DNA from: Psammoneis japonica
Lineage: Eukaryota
DNA: 64,000 nucleotides
NCBI GenBank assembly: GCA_008632985.1
Contig: QPGO01000193.1
Location: 1-64,000 of the forward strand
Direction of reading: 5' to 3'
A model generated the notes under the pieces. The model searched no databases, was not told the DNA's origin, and was given only the letters and a program-made list of their open reading frames with translations. Every line of letters starts with the position of its first letter. The first letter of the stretch is position 1. This document shows positions 1 to 12,030 of the stretch, one piece after another. The position numbers and the translations under genes were made by a program.

Positions 1-2304
1 GGTGATGTTCGCGAGACACCACGTAAGCTTGCCTTTTGCGCACATGCCATCATGTCCAAGGAGGATCTGTTGATTGTAGAAGATGCCACTCAAGACGATC
101 GCTTCAAGGATAACCCTCTGGTTACAGGACCACCCAACATTCGCTTCTATGCCGGTGCACCACTCATGTCTCCAGAAGGCTACAAGCTCGGGACTCTATG
201 CTTGATTGATTCCAAGACGCGGCCCGGCGGTTTGGATCTGGAAGAAAAGCAGAACCTTAGTGAATTGGCGGCGCTGGTGGTCGACTCTATGGTCAAAGTT
301 CGTCAATCCAAGGAAGCCGCCATCAAGGAGAAGTCCGCCATGATTGCATGTACTGCTCACGACATGCTGACACCGTTGAATGGAGTTGAGCTCTCCCTGA
401 ACCTTCTCTTGGAGGAACGGGACAAGCTGGATCCATCCTTGTTGGAACTGGTGGAAACCGCATCATCGTGTTGCGACATTATGAGTCGCACCTGCCAGCA
501 AGCAATTTCGCGGTATCGCCGTGAAAACTCTAGTACAGGTCGCAACAAAGTGGCGGCCGAAGACAAGAACCGATCCCATTTTCGACAAATGAATTCTTCG
601 TGTGTCTCTGTGACCTCCTTATCTGCCTTTGATGAGATTGTTATATCCGACTTGGTCAAGAACGTACAAAAGGTCATGGAACATCTTCCAAAGTCGGTAC
701 CTATTTGTGTCACTGTGGATCCATCGGTACCACCTGTGATTATTTCAGATGACCTCAAGGTATTTCGCTCTGCTCTCAACTTCCTTACCAACGCCTGCCG
801 ACTCACCACCCGAGGGTCGGTTCATTTCCAAATACGAGTCGAGGAAAAGTCAAACAAGCAAGTTTTGGTGTTTGAATGCAGCGACACTGGACCGGGTGTC
901 CCTGTGGATATGTATCCAAACTTGTTCAAACCTGTGGATCCAGCCGTGCTCAATCAAGATCATCCTGATTACGAGCAAGCCATGTCTTGCATCAAGATTG
1001 ACCCCGACTCCAAGGAGATGTCGGGTGGAGTATGCCATCCCGTTGCCAAGAATGTTGGCCTGGGATTGTATAGTGTTGCCACTAACATCCGGAGCCTCAA
1101 TGGTGACTATGGATTCCATCCTAAAGAAGGCAAGAATGGAGCTGTGTTTTGGTTTTCCATTCCTCTCTTGACGCCACCTTCCAGCGAGCCGGGTGGCACT
1201 ACTCGCACGAGTAAGAACGAAGCAAAGATCGATATGATGCTTGAGCCAGAAGATGCTCCTCCTGTAATCATCCCAAGCGCCCCTCAAGATTCCCCCAAGA
1301 GCAATGTCAACGCGTCCAGCGCACCATTACCAGATGGAACAAGTCGTACTCGCCGTGCTTTAGTGATTGACGACTCTGTGGTAATTCGAAAGTCAGTAAA
1401 ACGTGCTCTCGAGAAACTCGGCTTCTCTGTTACTCAAGCTGTTGACGGTCTGCAGGGACTGAAACAACTTCAACAGGGAATTTTCGACTTGGTATTGTGC
1501 GACTTCTTAATGCCGGTCATGGACGGCTTGGATTGTATACATCAATACCGAGAATGGGAGCAAGTCCATCGACCGCTTTTCCGACAGTTTATTGTGGGGA
1601 TATCTGCTCATGCATCCGAAAAGGACATTGAAAGAGGCAGAGCCGCGGGAATGGACGACTTTGTTCCCAAGCCTGTGAAGCTGGACTCTCTCAAGAAACT
1701 TGAAGAAAACTCCCAAATGAACGTCATTGAAAATTTCATGGACGGAATGGCAGTCACCGCAGACAGCCATTCTAACGGAAATTGTAGCCCTCTCGAAGCC
1801 CAGTCAGGTCGCGTCATGAAGAAACGAAAGCAAGATGATATCGCCTACGACGAGCAAGGCCACGGATTGACTGAAGAAGCAAGATTCGTTTGCCTCGTTG
1901 CCGAGAGTTCTGCATCAGTTGCACAACGGCTATCCCAAAGCATCAAAAAGCTTGGAGACTGGAGCACAGTTGTTGTCAACGACGGTCAGGATGCACTACG
2001 ATTACTCAAGATGCGTCAGTACGATGCCGTATTTCTGAGCGAGGACCTCTCCACCTTGAACGCAGTCATGTGCATGGAACGTTTCCGTCAATGGGAGGAC
2101 CAACACCGCGTTTCAAGACAGGGGAATGTGACGTTGCTGAGTTCGGATTATATTCCTCCATCCATGTCCTCTGGATGCAGCACGTTTGTTTATCCAGAGC
2201 ACTTTGACGGGGCACTGGGAAAGCCATTCAGCGCAGCTGAACTGTATGTTATATTGAAAGAAGCGACTCAAAGTGTCGGGAAGCGTAATATTGTCACGAG
2301 TTGA
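1..2304 (+). CDS. Hybrid sensor histidine kinase (GAF-HisKA-HATPase-REC-pseudoREC), 5' end outside window
   Basis: Frame open from base 1 (GDVRETPRKLAFCAHAI...RFYAGAPL...LGTLCLID = GAF). H-box TAHDMLTPLNG; N/G boxes NFLTNA, SDTGPG, GLGL; receiver LVIDDS...LCDFLMPVMDG...FVPKP; a second, degenerate receiver at the C-terminus. Confidence 0.93.
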   Translation, partial: GDVRETPRKLAFCAHAIMSKEDLLIVEDATQDDRFKDNPLVTGPPNIRFYAGAPLMSPEGYKLGTLCLIDSKTRPGGLDLEEKQNLSELAALVVDSMVKVRQSKEAAIKEKSAMIACTAHDMLTPLNGVELSLNLLLEERDKLDPSLLELVETASSCCDIMSRTCQQAISRYRRENSSTGRNKVAAEDKNRSHFRQMNSSCVSVTSLSAFDEIVISDLVKNVQKVMEHLPKSVPICVTVDPSVPPVIISDDLKVFRSALNFLTNACRLTTRGSVHFQIRVEEKSNKQVLVFECSDTGPGVPVDMYPNLFKPVDPAVLNQDHPDYEQAMSCIKIDPDSKEMSGGVCHPVAKNVGLGLYSVATNIRSLNGDYGFHPKEGKNGAVFWFSIPLLTPPSSEPGGTTRTSKNEAKIDMMLEPEDAPPVIIPSAPQDSPKSNVNASSAPLPDGTSRTRRALVIDDSVVIRKSVKRALEKLGFSVTQAVDGLQGLKQLQQGIFDLVLCDFLMPVMDGLDCIHQYREWEQVHRPLFRQFIVGISAHASEKDIERGRAAGMDDFVPKPVKLDSLKKLEENSQMNVIENFMDGMAVTADSHSNGNCSPLEAQSGRVMKKRKQDDIAYDEQGHGLTEEARFVCLVAESSASVAQRLSQSIKKLGDWSTVVVNDGQDALRLLKMRQYDAVFLSEDLSTLNAVMCMERFRQWEDQHRVSRQGNVTLLSSDYIPPSMSSGCSTFVYPEHFDGALGKPFSAAELYVILKEATQSVGKRNIVTS

Positions 2305-3293
2305 TACGTGAGAGCAACTGTGTCTCCGTTGTTTGCCGAGGATTCCTTTCATTCTGCACATTCTTTATTTTCACTGTCGGAAGCCTCCACCACAACGGAC
2401 ACCATTTTTCCACTTTTGATGCATCTAGATTCATAGTGCATTGATGCATGTGGTAATCTACTTTCAGACATTTCTTTATAGATATTGCGATTTACTTTAG
2501 CCATCTGTACGCTTTATTTCTCCTCATGGCTTCTCAAACCACGTGTCGTCCGGGCGATTTATGAATTCTGTAAAGAAAACGCTCAAGCCCTCGCGACTAG
2601 CAAACTTCTCTTCAAATTCCTTGCGATCCGTTGGTTCACCAATGCAAAAGATGCTAGTGCCACTTCCGGACATCATGACGTGTTTAAACGTCAATGGGAG
2701 GACCAACACCGCGTTTCAAGACAGGGGAATGTGACGTTGCTGAGTTCGGATTATATTCCTCCATCCATGTCCTCTGGATGCAGCACGTTTGTTTATCCAG
2801 AGCACTTTGACGGGGCACTGGGAAAGCCATTCAGCGCAGCTGATCTGTATGTTATATTGAAAGAAGCGACTCAAAGTGTCGGGAAGCGTAATATTGTCAC
2901 GAGTTGATACGTGAGAGCAACTGTGTCTCCGTTGTTTGCCAAGGATTCTATTTCATTCTGCGCATTCTTTATTTTCACTGACGGAAGCCTCCATCACAAC
3001 GGACACCATTTTTCCACTTTTGATGCATCTAGATTCGTACTGCATTGATGCATGTAGTAATCTACTTTCAGACATTTCTTTATAGATATTGCGATTTACC
3101 TTAGTCCTCTGTACGCTTTATTTCTCCTCATGGCTTCTCAAACCACGTGTCGTCTGGGCGGTTTATGAATTCTGTAAAGAAAACGCTCAAGCCCTCGCGA
3201 CTAGCAAACTTCTCTTCAAATTCCTTGCGATCCGTTGGTTCACCAATGCAAAAGATGCTAGTGCCACTTCCGGACATCATGACGTGTTTAAAC
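2086..3293. repeat. Near-identical ~603-bp tandem duplication (2086-2688 / 2689-3293) of the convergent 3' ends of the histidine kinase and ispE
   Basis: cgtcaatgggaggaccaacaccgcg occurs at 2086 and 2689; both units end in catcatgacgtgtttaaac; only scattered substitutions and a 1-nt indel. Confidence 0.95.
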
Positions 3294-4299
3294 CCTGGAA
3301 CTTGCAACAGCTCTTCTTTGAGAGACTTGAGCTCCGGAACACAAACGAATGCAGGCGGCTCCAAATCATTGATGTACATTGACGGCTCGATATCCTCTAC
3401 GCCCTCAGATATAAACGTATCAAGAATAGATTCGGGATCCAGCGAGCTAAGGGCATCATAATCCAAAGCTCCAAAGACAGATGGCGTGGACAATCCAATA
3501 TCAGGTTTGCAAATTACAAGTTTCGTTCCGCTTTCCAGAGGTGGGTCGATGGACGTCATGATTTCGCCTCGTCCAGTGCAATACGCTGTCCCTCGAGATA
3601 AGAAAAATGTAATGTCAGATCCCAATTCTCCGGACCATTCAACGAGCTACGAACAAAAACAGTGTTAGAGCTTTCTCAGAAAACAGGATTCTTTCCATCA
3701 TCAAACACACGAACCTCTTCCGTTGATGCAATATTTCCCATGAGTTGGTTAGCACCAAACATTGCTGTTGCTGCATTCGCTGAACCTCCACCTAAACCTG
3801 CCTGTGCGGGCACCTGCTTGATTAGATTGGCTTTAAAGTACGTGTTTGGAGAATTTGTTTTGGTCCTCATCAGTTCAAGAGCCCTCAAGACAAGATTCGA
3901 GGAATCCGTCGGGACGCCTTTCATGTTGCATGTAAATTCATCCGTGCTGGCATCCTCGAGGAGTTCTAACTCCAACGTGTCTCCAAATCCTACCGCTTGA
4001 AAGAGAGACGCCAAATCATGAAAGCCATCACTGCGTTTTCTCAGTATGCGCAGAAACAAGTTGATCTTGCAAGGGGAAAACAACGTCAGTTTCTTTGTGC
4101 CGACTGCAGTTTCGTCACTCGCAGAAGCTAGACTTGATTTTGAATCCAGTTTTACGATATTCTTTCTCGCTACACCGAAAGCTCCGACTCGTGAAACCGG
4201 CTGATGCCGATGGCTGGATGAAAAGGCGATCGATTCCCATGGCTTGCAAGCAACAGTCATGGCCATCAAAAGGGTAGTTACTTTTCGTTTCACACTCAT
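3128..4299 (-). CDS. ispE: 4-diphosphocytidyl-2-C-methyl-D-erythritol kinase (MEP pathway), plastid-targeted; exons 4299-3715 and 3646-3128
   Basis: SPCKINLFLRI, PAQAGLGGGSANAA (GHMP ATP loop), LGSDITFF, NDLEPPAF, MSGSGTS. A 68-bp GT..AG intron (3714-3647) joins the two ORFs in frame. Signal peptide followed by SIAF resembles the diatom bipartite ASAF-type presequence. Confidence 0.93.
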
Positions 4300-4660
4300 A
4301 ATTTCTATATATTGAACGAAAGAACGATAGCAAGTTGATCCACAGGGTTTGCTATCACAAGATGCAATAAGAACGACGCAACACAAAACAAGCGCCCGAT
4401 GTTGATGTATGATGGCGCATTCAGCATTCATAGCATTGCATGCACATGTTGAACTTCCTCGGCAGGATTCCATCGTACCGGTAGGAAGATACCGGCGCTT
4501 CCACGTGAAACTTCCCGCCATTTCCCAGCACGGAAACCTTTGATGACAGTCGTCATGAAACAGACAAACATTCACGAAGGAACGTTGTCTGTGCCGGTGC
4601 TTGTACCGGCAATCATCGCCCATCATGCCAACAACATAATACCTTGCAACATCTTACATC

Positions 4661-7600
4661 GGGACAGCGCACAGCGCCTTCAATCACATACGCCAACCAT
4701 GAACAACTGCCACTACATTTTCCTCGTTTTGATGCTGGGAGCAGTTCAGTGGGTCTTTTCAGCTTCAATCCGCACAATTTTTTAGAAGCCGTTCGAGAGT
4801 GACGACAGCCTCCACGCATCAGGCGGGCAAGCGTGGCAGCAGCAGTTGAGGCTTTGAATGACACAGCAGTTGATGCAACAAGGGTTGAAGCAATCCTGGA
4901 GGACACAAGTCAGAAACATGATGATCACAGAGCTCGTCCGACGAAAGGATGTCGAGAAAAAGGAGGTCATTTGAGAGCAGCAGAGAAAACAACATCAGAG
5001 AGAAGTGCAAGCACGTCAGAAAATTATCAAGACGAGCATCAACAGCAAGATGATCGTCACGATGATGTTTTAGATTCGATTGCAGAGTGCTTTTGCAGAG
5101 CTCCTGCACAGTTGGACAGAGGAAAAAGCGGAAAGAGCACTCACAACAACAAGAGATCTCAATCTCGAAGGGCAGAAGGTGGTCGCCGGGCCAACGTCCA
5201 GCTTCCGCCGGGATGGGGTAAAATGCCACTCGCACTCAAGTCAATCGAAAACTTTGCCATGGACGGAATGGATCCCAAAAGAGAAAGACTTCATTCGGCC
5301 ATGCATGTTGCACCAACTTTGAAACTCGTGGATCAAGCATTGGATGACCTGGATGAGTTTGGGGTGCTTGATCACGTGCCTCATTTGCAATTGATTGTGG
5401 CGAGCCAGACCAATCACACCGAGGATTGCGCGACATCTTCTGACGAGATTGCGGCATTCCTGTCCTCCAAAAATGACGGCTTGTCCTTCATTGGCTGCAC
5501 TCACAAGTCTTTGCCCAAGGTTGGAGAGGCGCCATCGAAGCCAGGTGTCACCATTGGTTTTGCCACATTTGATGAGGCACACGAGATGGAAGGGATTGGC
5601 AAACCATCTGGATGTGGTCTCTGTGACTTGTTGACCCCAGTTGATTGTCGCTCATTTCCAACTGCCACTCCACGTCGATGCACGGATGCTCCACAACAGG
5701 CTGACATTGTTGGTGGTGAGCTTTGCAAGGATGGCTCGCAAACGCTCATTCCCAATCAAAGCTCAGAGCCCAAAAAGCCACTGGTGTCCGCAGCTTTGAC
5801 AATGCGACCCCATTTGGACCATGCCTTGCGAGACGGACGCTGAGTGATGCCGTGAACCAAAATGTCACTGTTCCAATCACACTTTGTGTGTTGGATGCCG
5901 ATGAAATTGACGCCGTCCTTGCTGATCTGCTCCTTGATGATTCCATCCCACTGGCACTCTCGAAGGACTGCCTGCTCCCATTTGCAATTCAAGCGGCTTT
6001 TCACAAACTCAATGTGAGCGCAGCGCCGTGTCGCTCCATTCCATGAACTGCCGTGCTCGTGCTTTTGTGAGTGACTGCAGCACCAGTTCTTGAGAAGGAT
6101 GACATCACCGCATTTGCGGTCAGTGGCAGCTCCGACATGTCACCTGGCAAGCGGGAAGAAATCTTGTCAAGAGCGAAACGAGCGACCAAATCGATTGTTG
6201 CCAATTGTGGGGCATTGGCGACCGGCGTGGACCAGGCAGATTGGGAGTCAGTGGTGATGGCAGATCCTGTCCGAAGTGCCGTTGACGCGCACCAAATGAT
6301 TGGACGTGTTGGCCGAAAGGCTCCTGGCAAAGAGTGTGGATGCGTTTTGGCACCCTCGGCCACAACTGGTGATGCTGGATTTATGGAAGATGAAGGTGGC
6401 TATGAATCTTTCACATTGGCATTCGAAGCAATGGTCGGACTAGATCCCAAATTATGGGAGGATGTCGTGTTTGTAATTGACGAGAGCGCCAGACTCGGAA
6501 GGCCTTTGCATGACGTAGAATTCCCTTCTTGGGTGCTTGAATCATTCATGCTTCCAGACTCACTGCTCCTTGAAATGAAGAATGACATCATGAATCAAGC
6601 AATCACGGAATGCAAGAACCGTGAAAGCGATTGGGACCAAATGTATGAATTGCTTTTGGTTTGCAAAGAAAGAGAGGGTGACTGCAATGTTCGAAGAAGC
6701 CATGTCGAGGGTGGGAAGAACCTGGGAGCTTGGTTGAGCAGGCAGCGTGCCATGAGGAATGCCGGGAAGCTTGACAGTGTTCTTGAGGAACGGCTCAAAA
6801 CGCTGGCGTTGCTTGGGATGTTCCTTCTGAACGTTGGGAAGAAATGTTTCGACTCCTCGTCCAACATAAGAAACGCGAAGGGGATTGTGATTTTCCAGCC
6901 AAACATGTCGAGGATGGAAAGAACCTTGGAACTTGGTTGAACACGCAGCGCAGGACGAGGAAAGCCGGGAAGCTCGACAGCGCTCTTGAGGAACGGCTCA
7001 CAAACATTGGCGTTGCTTGGAATGTTCCTTCTGAACGTTGGGAAGCAATGTTTCGACTCCTCGTCCAACACAAGAAACGCGAGGGTGATTGCCGCGTTGT
7101 GCGAAAGCACAAAGAGGATGGAAAGAATCTTGGAGAGTGGCTAAAGAAACAGCGTGTTTTGAGGAATGCTGGAAAAGCTGGACAGTGCTCTTGAGGAACG
7201 GCTCAAAGAGGTTGGTGTTGCTTGGAATGTTCCGTCTGAACGTTTTGGGAAGCAATGTTTCGACTTCTTGTTCAATTCAAAGAACGGGAGGGGGGCTGCA
7301 ACGTTCGACGCCGCCATGTGGAGGATGGAAAGAACCTTGGAAAGTGGTTGGATCAGCAACGTCAAGCGAAGAAGACTGGGAGACTCAACCGAGACCGTGA
7401 GGAACGCTTGGGTGAGATTGGCGATCGGTGGAATTTTCGATGAGGAAAATATAAATGGTGAAAACCGGCGGAAAACTTGACCTTGACCGTGAGAAGCGCT
7501 TGGAGCAGCTTTGTGTGATGTGGAGATAGCTAGCGTTCCCTCGAGTAGAATGCAACGCAGTCGTCAAGTAGAAGTGCAAACAGCTTCGTCCCAGCTGTGA

Positions 7601-7846
7601 TGTTTGAAAAAGACGCTGTTCTACTTTTTCCGCTACAAGTAGGACTCGGCGCTCTCTAGTCATCGTCCACCGACGAAGAGTCAGAGGACGATTGAGACGG
7701 TAAATCAAAAGCACATTGATTTTCTGCGGCAAGAATCTTGGAGCATGGATAAAAACGCAACGTGCTTCCAGAGGAATGCCGGGAAACTGGTTCACGTTCG
7801 TGAGAAACGCTTGGATCAGATTGGCGTTCGGTGGAGCATTCGATAG
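4661..7846 (+). pseudogene. Decayed SF2 (ResIII/DEAH-like) helicase with C-terminal helicase-associated (HA) repeats, copy 1
   Basis: Motif I LPPGWGK, II FDEAH, III TATPR, V LATGVD, VI QMIGRVGR spread over frameshifted ORFs. Then repeats of W..MFRLLVQ.K.REGDC.V...H.EDGKNLG.WL..QR...GKLD...EERL..IG..W, with a further HA fragment at ~7731-7846. Confidence 0.85.
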
Positions 7847-8459
7847 GTTCTTAATTTTGACATTGTGATGCCAGCTCTCTATCGGGTCTCTCATCTTTGA
7901 CACGGCAATGTTTTCTCCCGTGTCGTCGCAGGCATCGGACGCACCCAGTACATGATTCAGTATCGTCAATGATAGCTCGTCACCCCGGCCCGGCTTTTCT
8001 GTGTTCAAACGCTGGGTTAGTGAATATCTATATAGCGATACACTGATTGCAAAACTTGTACTATTCATACTTTTGAATCATGTGCTACTTGTCGTTTCTT
8101 GTTGCTCCATAGACACTCCTCGAGCGTTCTGTTTCGATCAGCGTTAGTTCTTCGATTGTGAAACTCGGACAATGGTATTCTCTTTTGTTGCAAGCGCCTT
8201 TTCCCATGTGCTCTGTTGTCTGTTTATAATCAAAGCACTATTGTGAAGTTGTACATTTTACTCAGCCAGTGATGCTGGGAGAATCGCTCCATTTTCGCCA
8301 TGCACTTGTCCGCTTGCTATTGTTAGTCGATCGACATGGGTAGTTAGCAAAAAAGGGTACTCCTTCCGAAAAGCGAGTCAGTCAATTTGAAATAAGAAAG
8401 GATCAATAAATCGCTTTAGAGGAGTCGTTGCAAATTCATCTTCAAAAGACGATCCGAAA

Positions 8460-9884
8460 CTACTGCATGCCAAAATGTCCATTGGCTATTTCTTGAAAAT
8501 GATTTTTGTACCGACGAAGAATCTCCTCCTTTATCATGCGCTCCTCCACCTTAGCGTCCGGGTGAAACTCCATATCCTTCATCCACATGGTTGCGTGATT
8601 CGATATCGCCTGTGCCTCCTTGCTATGGTGCTTTATCCAAATCATTTTCTCTTCCACGTCGCTAATGTCTGTAGCCAACGGAACGTAATGAACCCAAGGA
8701 ACTAGCAACTCTTCCATTGCCCAAGATGTATGCGTGGGTGGTGGCATTAGGACTACAGAGTTCGAAAGTAGAGCCCACTTGAGACCGCTTGCGACATCGT
8801 TGCCCTCCAACATGATGATACCCTTGTACGTTAGCAAGTTTTCGACTGTCACTTTCTCAGATACAATCAATGTCCCGTCAATCGTCCTTGGTAGGCGCTT
8901 TCGAGTCGTAGTCAGTTTAGCATCCACGTAGGGCGAGTGAGCCGTTTCCAGAACCAAACGGCATCTCATCATGCGTTGGCAATTTGCTAGATCCGTCGAG
9001 TGTTTGTTATAGTTCTCCAATGCCCCCGTCAACTGACCCCTAAAGACCGCTACATCTTTTTTATGCTCCCATGGTATATCCACATCCGTTATATTTGGGA
9101 GCAAACGAAAGTGACGATGGGTCGCAAGTTTCCAAACAATCGGAGAAAACTGAGCTTGCCCAAGAAAAGTTGGTAATACAGGCCGCGAAGTCCAATCTAG
9201 GCATTCCCCGTCAGTGACTGCCTTCAACGCTTTACTCGTTGTTCCACTCCGAAACTTCTTCAAGTGAGGAATATTGACCATTCGAAATACATGAGAATGC
9301 TTCATGTCACCAAACTGTAGCAACACGGGAAATGCTGAACCATGTTCAGAGAACAATTTCGGAAGGATAGAAATCATCTCCTTGGCATCCTCACAGTACA
9401 TTCTCATGTTTGAGCGAAACTTAATACGGCCTTTATACTTTGATGGAATACCTTGGTCGGATTGAAGTTTAATCTCGTCCTTAGAACGAGCACAATCAAA
9501 GATAGTTTCTGGCGTGAAGAGGAAGAGCTTATCGGGCTCAATGATACTGCGTACGTCCAACGGATAACTTGAGTTGGATTTGTCAATCACGTTTACTGAT
9601 GGCCATCCATATGCTTCTCTTTTAAACCGATAAGTAGCTTGTTGCTGATTCGAACAAGGCGGAACATACCAGTTGCCCATGTACACCTTGATCCGTTCTT
9701 CGACCGACGGGAATCTCTCGTCTCGATTCGATGCAATGGGAGGAACAACAATCTTCATCGATTCATGCAATGGCGTAAATGGTAACAGAGAAGAAGGATG
9801 GTTTGCAGCATTGACACCACGGAACCATGCTGTGACCACGAGATACTGCACGAGAAAACGCAAACTCATTCGACCGCCGTTCAT
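8460..9884 (-). CDS. Glycosyltransferase family 90 (CAP10/POGLUT-like), signal-anchored
   Basis: 474-aa ORF with N-terminal hydrophobic segment; PWEHKKDVAVFRG, YKGIIMLEGNDVASGLKWALLSNSVVLMP, WAMEELLVPWVHYVP. Confidence 0.88.
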   Translation of the reverse strand: MNGGRMSLRFLVQYLVVTAWFRGVNAANHPSSLLPFTPLHESMKIVVPPIASNRDERFPSVEERIKVYMGNWYVPPCSNQQQATYRFKREAYGWPSVNVIDKSNSSYPLDVRSIIEPDKLFLFTPETIFDCARSKDEIKLQSDQGIPSKYKGRIKFRSNMRMYCEDAKEMISILPKLFSEHGSAFPVLLQFGDMKHSHVFRMVNIPHLKKFRSGTTSKALKAVTDGECLDWTSRPVLPTFLGQAQFSPIVWKLATHRHFRLLPNITDVDIPWEHKKDVAVFRGQLTGALENYNKHSTDLANCQRMMRCRLVLETAHSPYVDAKLTTTRKRLPRTIDGTLIVSEKVTVENLLTYKGIIMLEGNDVASGLKWALLSNSVVLMPPPTHTSWAMEELLVPWVHYVPLATDISDVEEKMIWIKHHSKEAQAISNHATMWMKDMEFHPDAKVEERMIKEEILRRYKNHFQEIANGHFGMQ

Positions 9885-10566
9885 GCCAAAGCCAACCGTG
9901 AGCTGCCGGGTTTGGCAACCGCTCGAAGACGAAATAATGAATCATGTTGCTTTGATCACTCTCACAAGTAAATCAGGTCCGCGTGCTTGTTGTGTTTGTG
10001 ACTAACATCGGATTCGCAAAGAGTGCTTCATTGCGGCTCTCCCTCTCAAGAGAAAGTTTCTCGCAACCCTCATAAAAGTTTATGTATATATAAGGAATTA
10101 AAGGATACATAAAAATCGAAAATCAAAAATTTCAGTTGAGAGCGTATTTAACATATACATCTCTTTTGACAAAGGAATAAATAGGTCCGTTGAAATATTC
10201 ATCGCGCCATTCTGAGGAACGTCCGACACACGTATGATGAAGGGATGAATGATGATATGATTTGCCAACCTTGATAGATCAAGTCCTTGCCGTTATCCTC
10301 TACTTTGCGCTTCCGGTTACTGTTTTAGTGCGCCACACTCTGCATTCCAGAGCTGTCACATGTGACCGACCATAGCATAACAACCGAGAAACGCCAGTAA
10401 ACTAAAACTTTTTCCTCCAGAGAGAGAGAAGAAATATTCTTCCAGTCGCACAGAACATTCTCTATAGTTTTGAGCATACTTAGACTTTGCGTTTCGACAA
10501 GTTTAACATAAAACTATGTACACAGTAAAATGAAAGGTAAACACCGAAGCTTCCGACAAACCATAA

Positions 10567-12030
10567 TCAATCCCTCTCCTCACGAAAATGGGTCTGATAT
10601 CGCCGAATAATCTCCGCCTTGATCAGTCGCTCTTCTCGACGGGCATCGGGGTGGAACTCCATATCTTCCATCCACGCAGTTGCGTGTTTAGAAATAAGCT
10701 GAGATTCCTCTTGGTGTTCAAGTACCCACGCCATTTTTCCCTCTACATCGGAAAGGTCATCACTGAGTGGCACATAGTGAACCCAGGGTTTCAATAGTTC
10801 CTCCATTGCCCAAGAAGTGTGCTTTGGTGTTGGCATGAGGACTACTGACTGACTCAACATGGCCCACTTGAGACCACTAGCAACATCGTTCCCTTCAATC
10901 ATGACAATTCCCTTATAAACCAATAAATCTTGCATTAAAACCCGAGGAGTGACAACAGTCGTTCCGTTGATAACGTCACCAATCCTTTTTCGCGTTGAAA
11001 CAAGCTTGGCGTCGACAAGCTTTGAATCTGCAGAATCTAGTACCAACCTGCATCGTTTCATACGTTGGCAGTTCTCGTAATCAGACTTGTGTAAATCGTA
11101 GCTCTCGAGCGATCCCGTGAGCTGCCCACGAAAAATCGCCATATCTTTTTTCTTTTCCCAGGGCGTGTCTTTTTCCGCCACAAATGATATCAACCCAAAG
11201 TGCCGAGGAGTATTAAGCTTCCAAAGGATTGGAGAATACTGTGATTGGTTATGATTGGTTTGTAGTACCGGTCGAGCATTGGGTGAAAAGCAGTTATTGG
11301 ACGTAACCCTTGCCAACGCCTTGGTGGATGTGCCACTCCGAAATTTCCTTAAGTGAGGAACATTGATCATTCTCAACACATGAGAATGCTTCATGTCCCC
11401 GAATTGCATTAGAATTGGAAATTTAGGTTCCTTTTCTTTCACGTAGACATGCTGAAGGACCGAGATGATTTCCTTTGCGTCAACGCAATAGAGTCTCATG
11501 TTGGTTCGGAACTTGATGCGATCTTCGGTCTTCAATCGGATACCTTTATCATAACTCTTTTGATATACTTCTTCCGATCGAGCACAGTCCATCACAATCT
11601 CTTTGTTAAACCAAAATAACTCATCCGGTTCAATGACGTTGAGTACCTTCATGGGAAAGCTGGAGTTGGTTTGATCAGTGATTACCACGTTGGTCCAGTT
11701 TCCACCCGTGTTGTTAACCTTGTATGTTGCTTGCTCCTGTCCTTGACAAGACGGCACATACCAGTTCCCCATGTAAATCTTGAGTCTCTCCTCGACCGAT
11801 GGGAAACGTGCGCTTCGATCAGATGGTACGGGCGGGACAGTGATTGCGGCTGACGCGGCTACCGCAAAGAAGACATGGCTTAGTAGAACTAGCGACAACA
11901 ACGCATGCCGTGGTTTTACTTGTTTAGGCAATGCTCTGGTCATGTCGATCGGCTTCATCGTAAGGAGGCAATGGGTGCGTTTGGTGCAGATTGTGTTTGC
12001 CAAGATCGCGGGGACTCCTCCTCCCTCCAT
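10567..12030 (-). CDS. Glycosyltransferase family 90, tandem paralogue (true start may be 11958 or 11943)
   Basis: Colinear with the neighbour: RFPSVEERLKIYMGNWYVP, QFGDMKHSHV, IEGNDVASGLKW, WAMEELLKPWVHYVP. Confidence 0.88.
   Translation of the reverse strand: MEGGGVPAILANTICTKRTHCLLTMKPIDMTRALPKQVKPRHALLSLVLLSHVFFAVAASAAITVPPVPSDRSARFPSVEERLKIYMGNWYVPSCQGQEQATYKVNNTGGNWTNVVITDQTNSSFPMKVLNVIEPDELFWFNKEIVMDCARSEEVYQKSYDKGIRLKTEDRIKFRTNMRLYCVDAKEIISVLQHVYVKEKEPKFPILMQFGDMKHSHVLRMINVPHLRKFRSGTSTKALARVTSNNCFSPNARPVLQTNHNQSQYSPILWKLNTPRHFGLISFVAEKDTPWEKKKDMAIFRGQLTGSLESYDLHKSDYENCQRMKRCRLVLDSADSKLVDAKLVSTRKRIGDVINGTTVVTPRVLMQDLLVYKGIVMIEGNDVASGLKWAMLSQSVVLMPTPKHTSWAMEELLKPWVHYVPLSDDLSDVEGKMAWVLEHQEESQLISKHATAWMEDMEFHPDARREERLIKAEIIRRYQTHFREERD

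Noticed and set aside
2485..2907. 140-aa ORF ending in the kinase C-terminus
   Set aside because: Chimera of antisense ispE and the duplicated kinase tail; non-ATG start.
7385..8068. 227-aa minus-strand ORF
   Set aside because: No recognisable features, and it is partly the antisense of plus-strand HA fragments (7731-7846).
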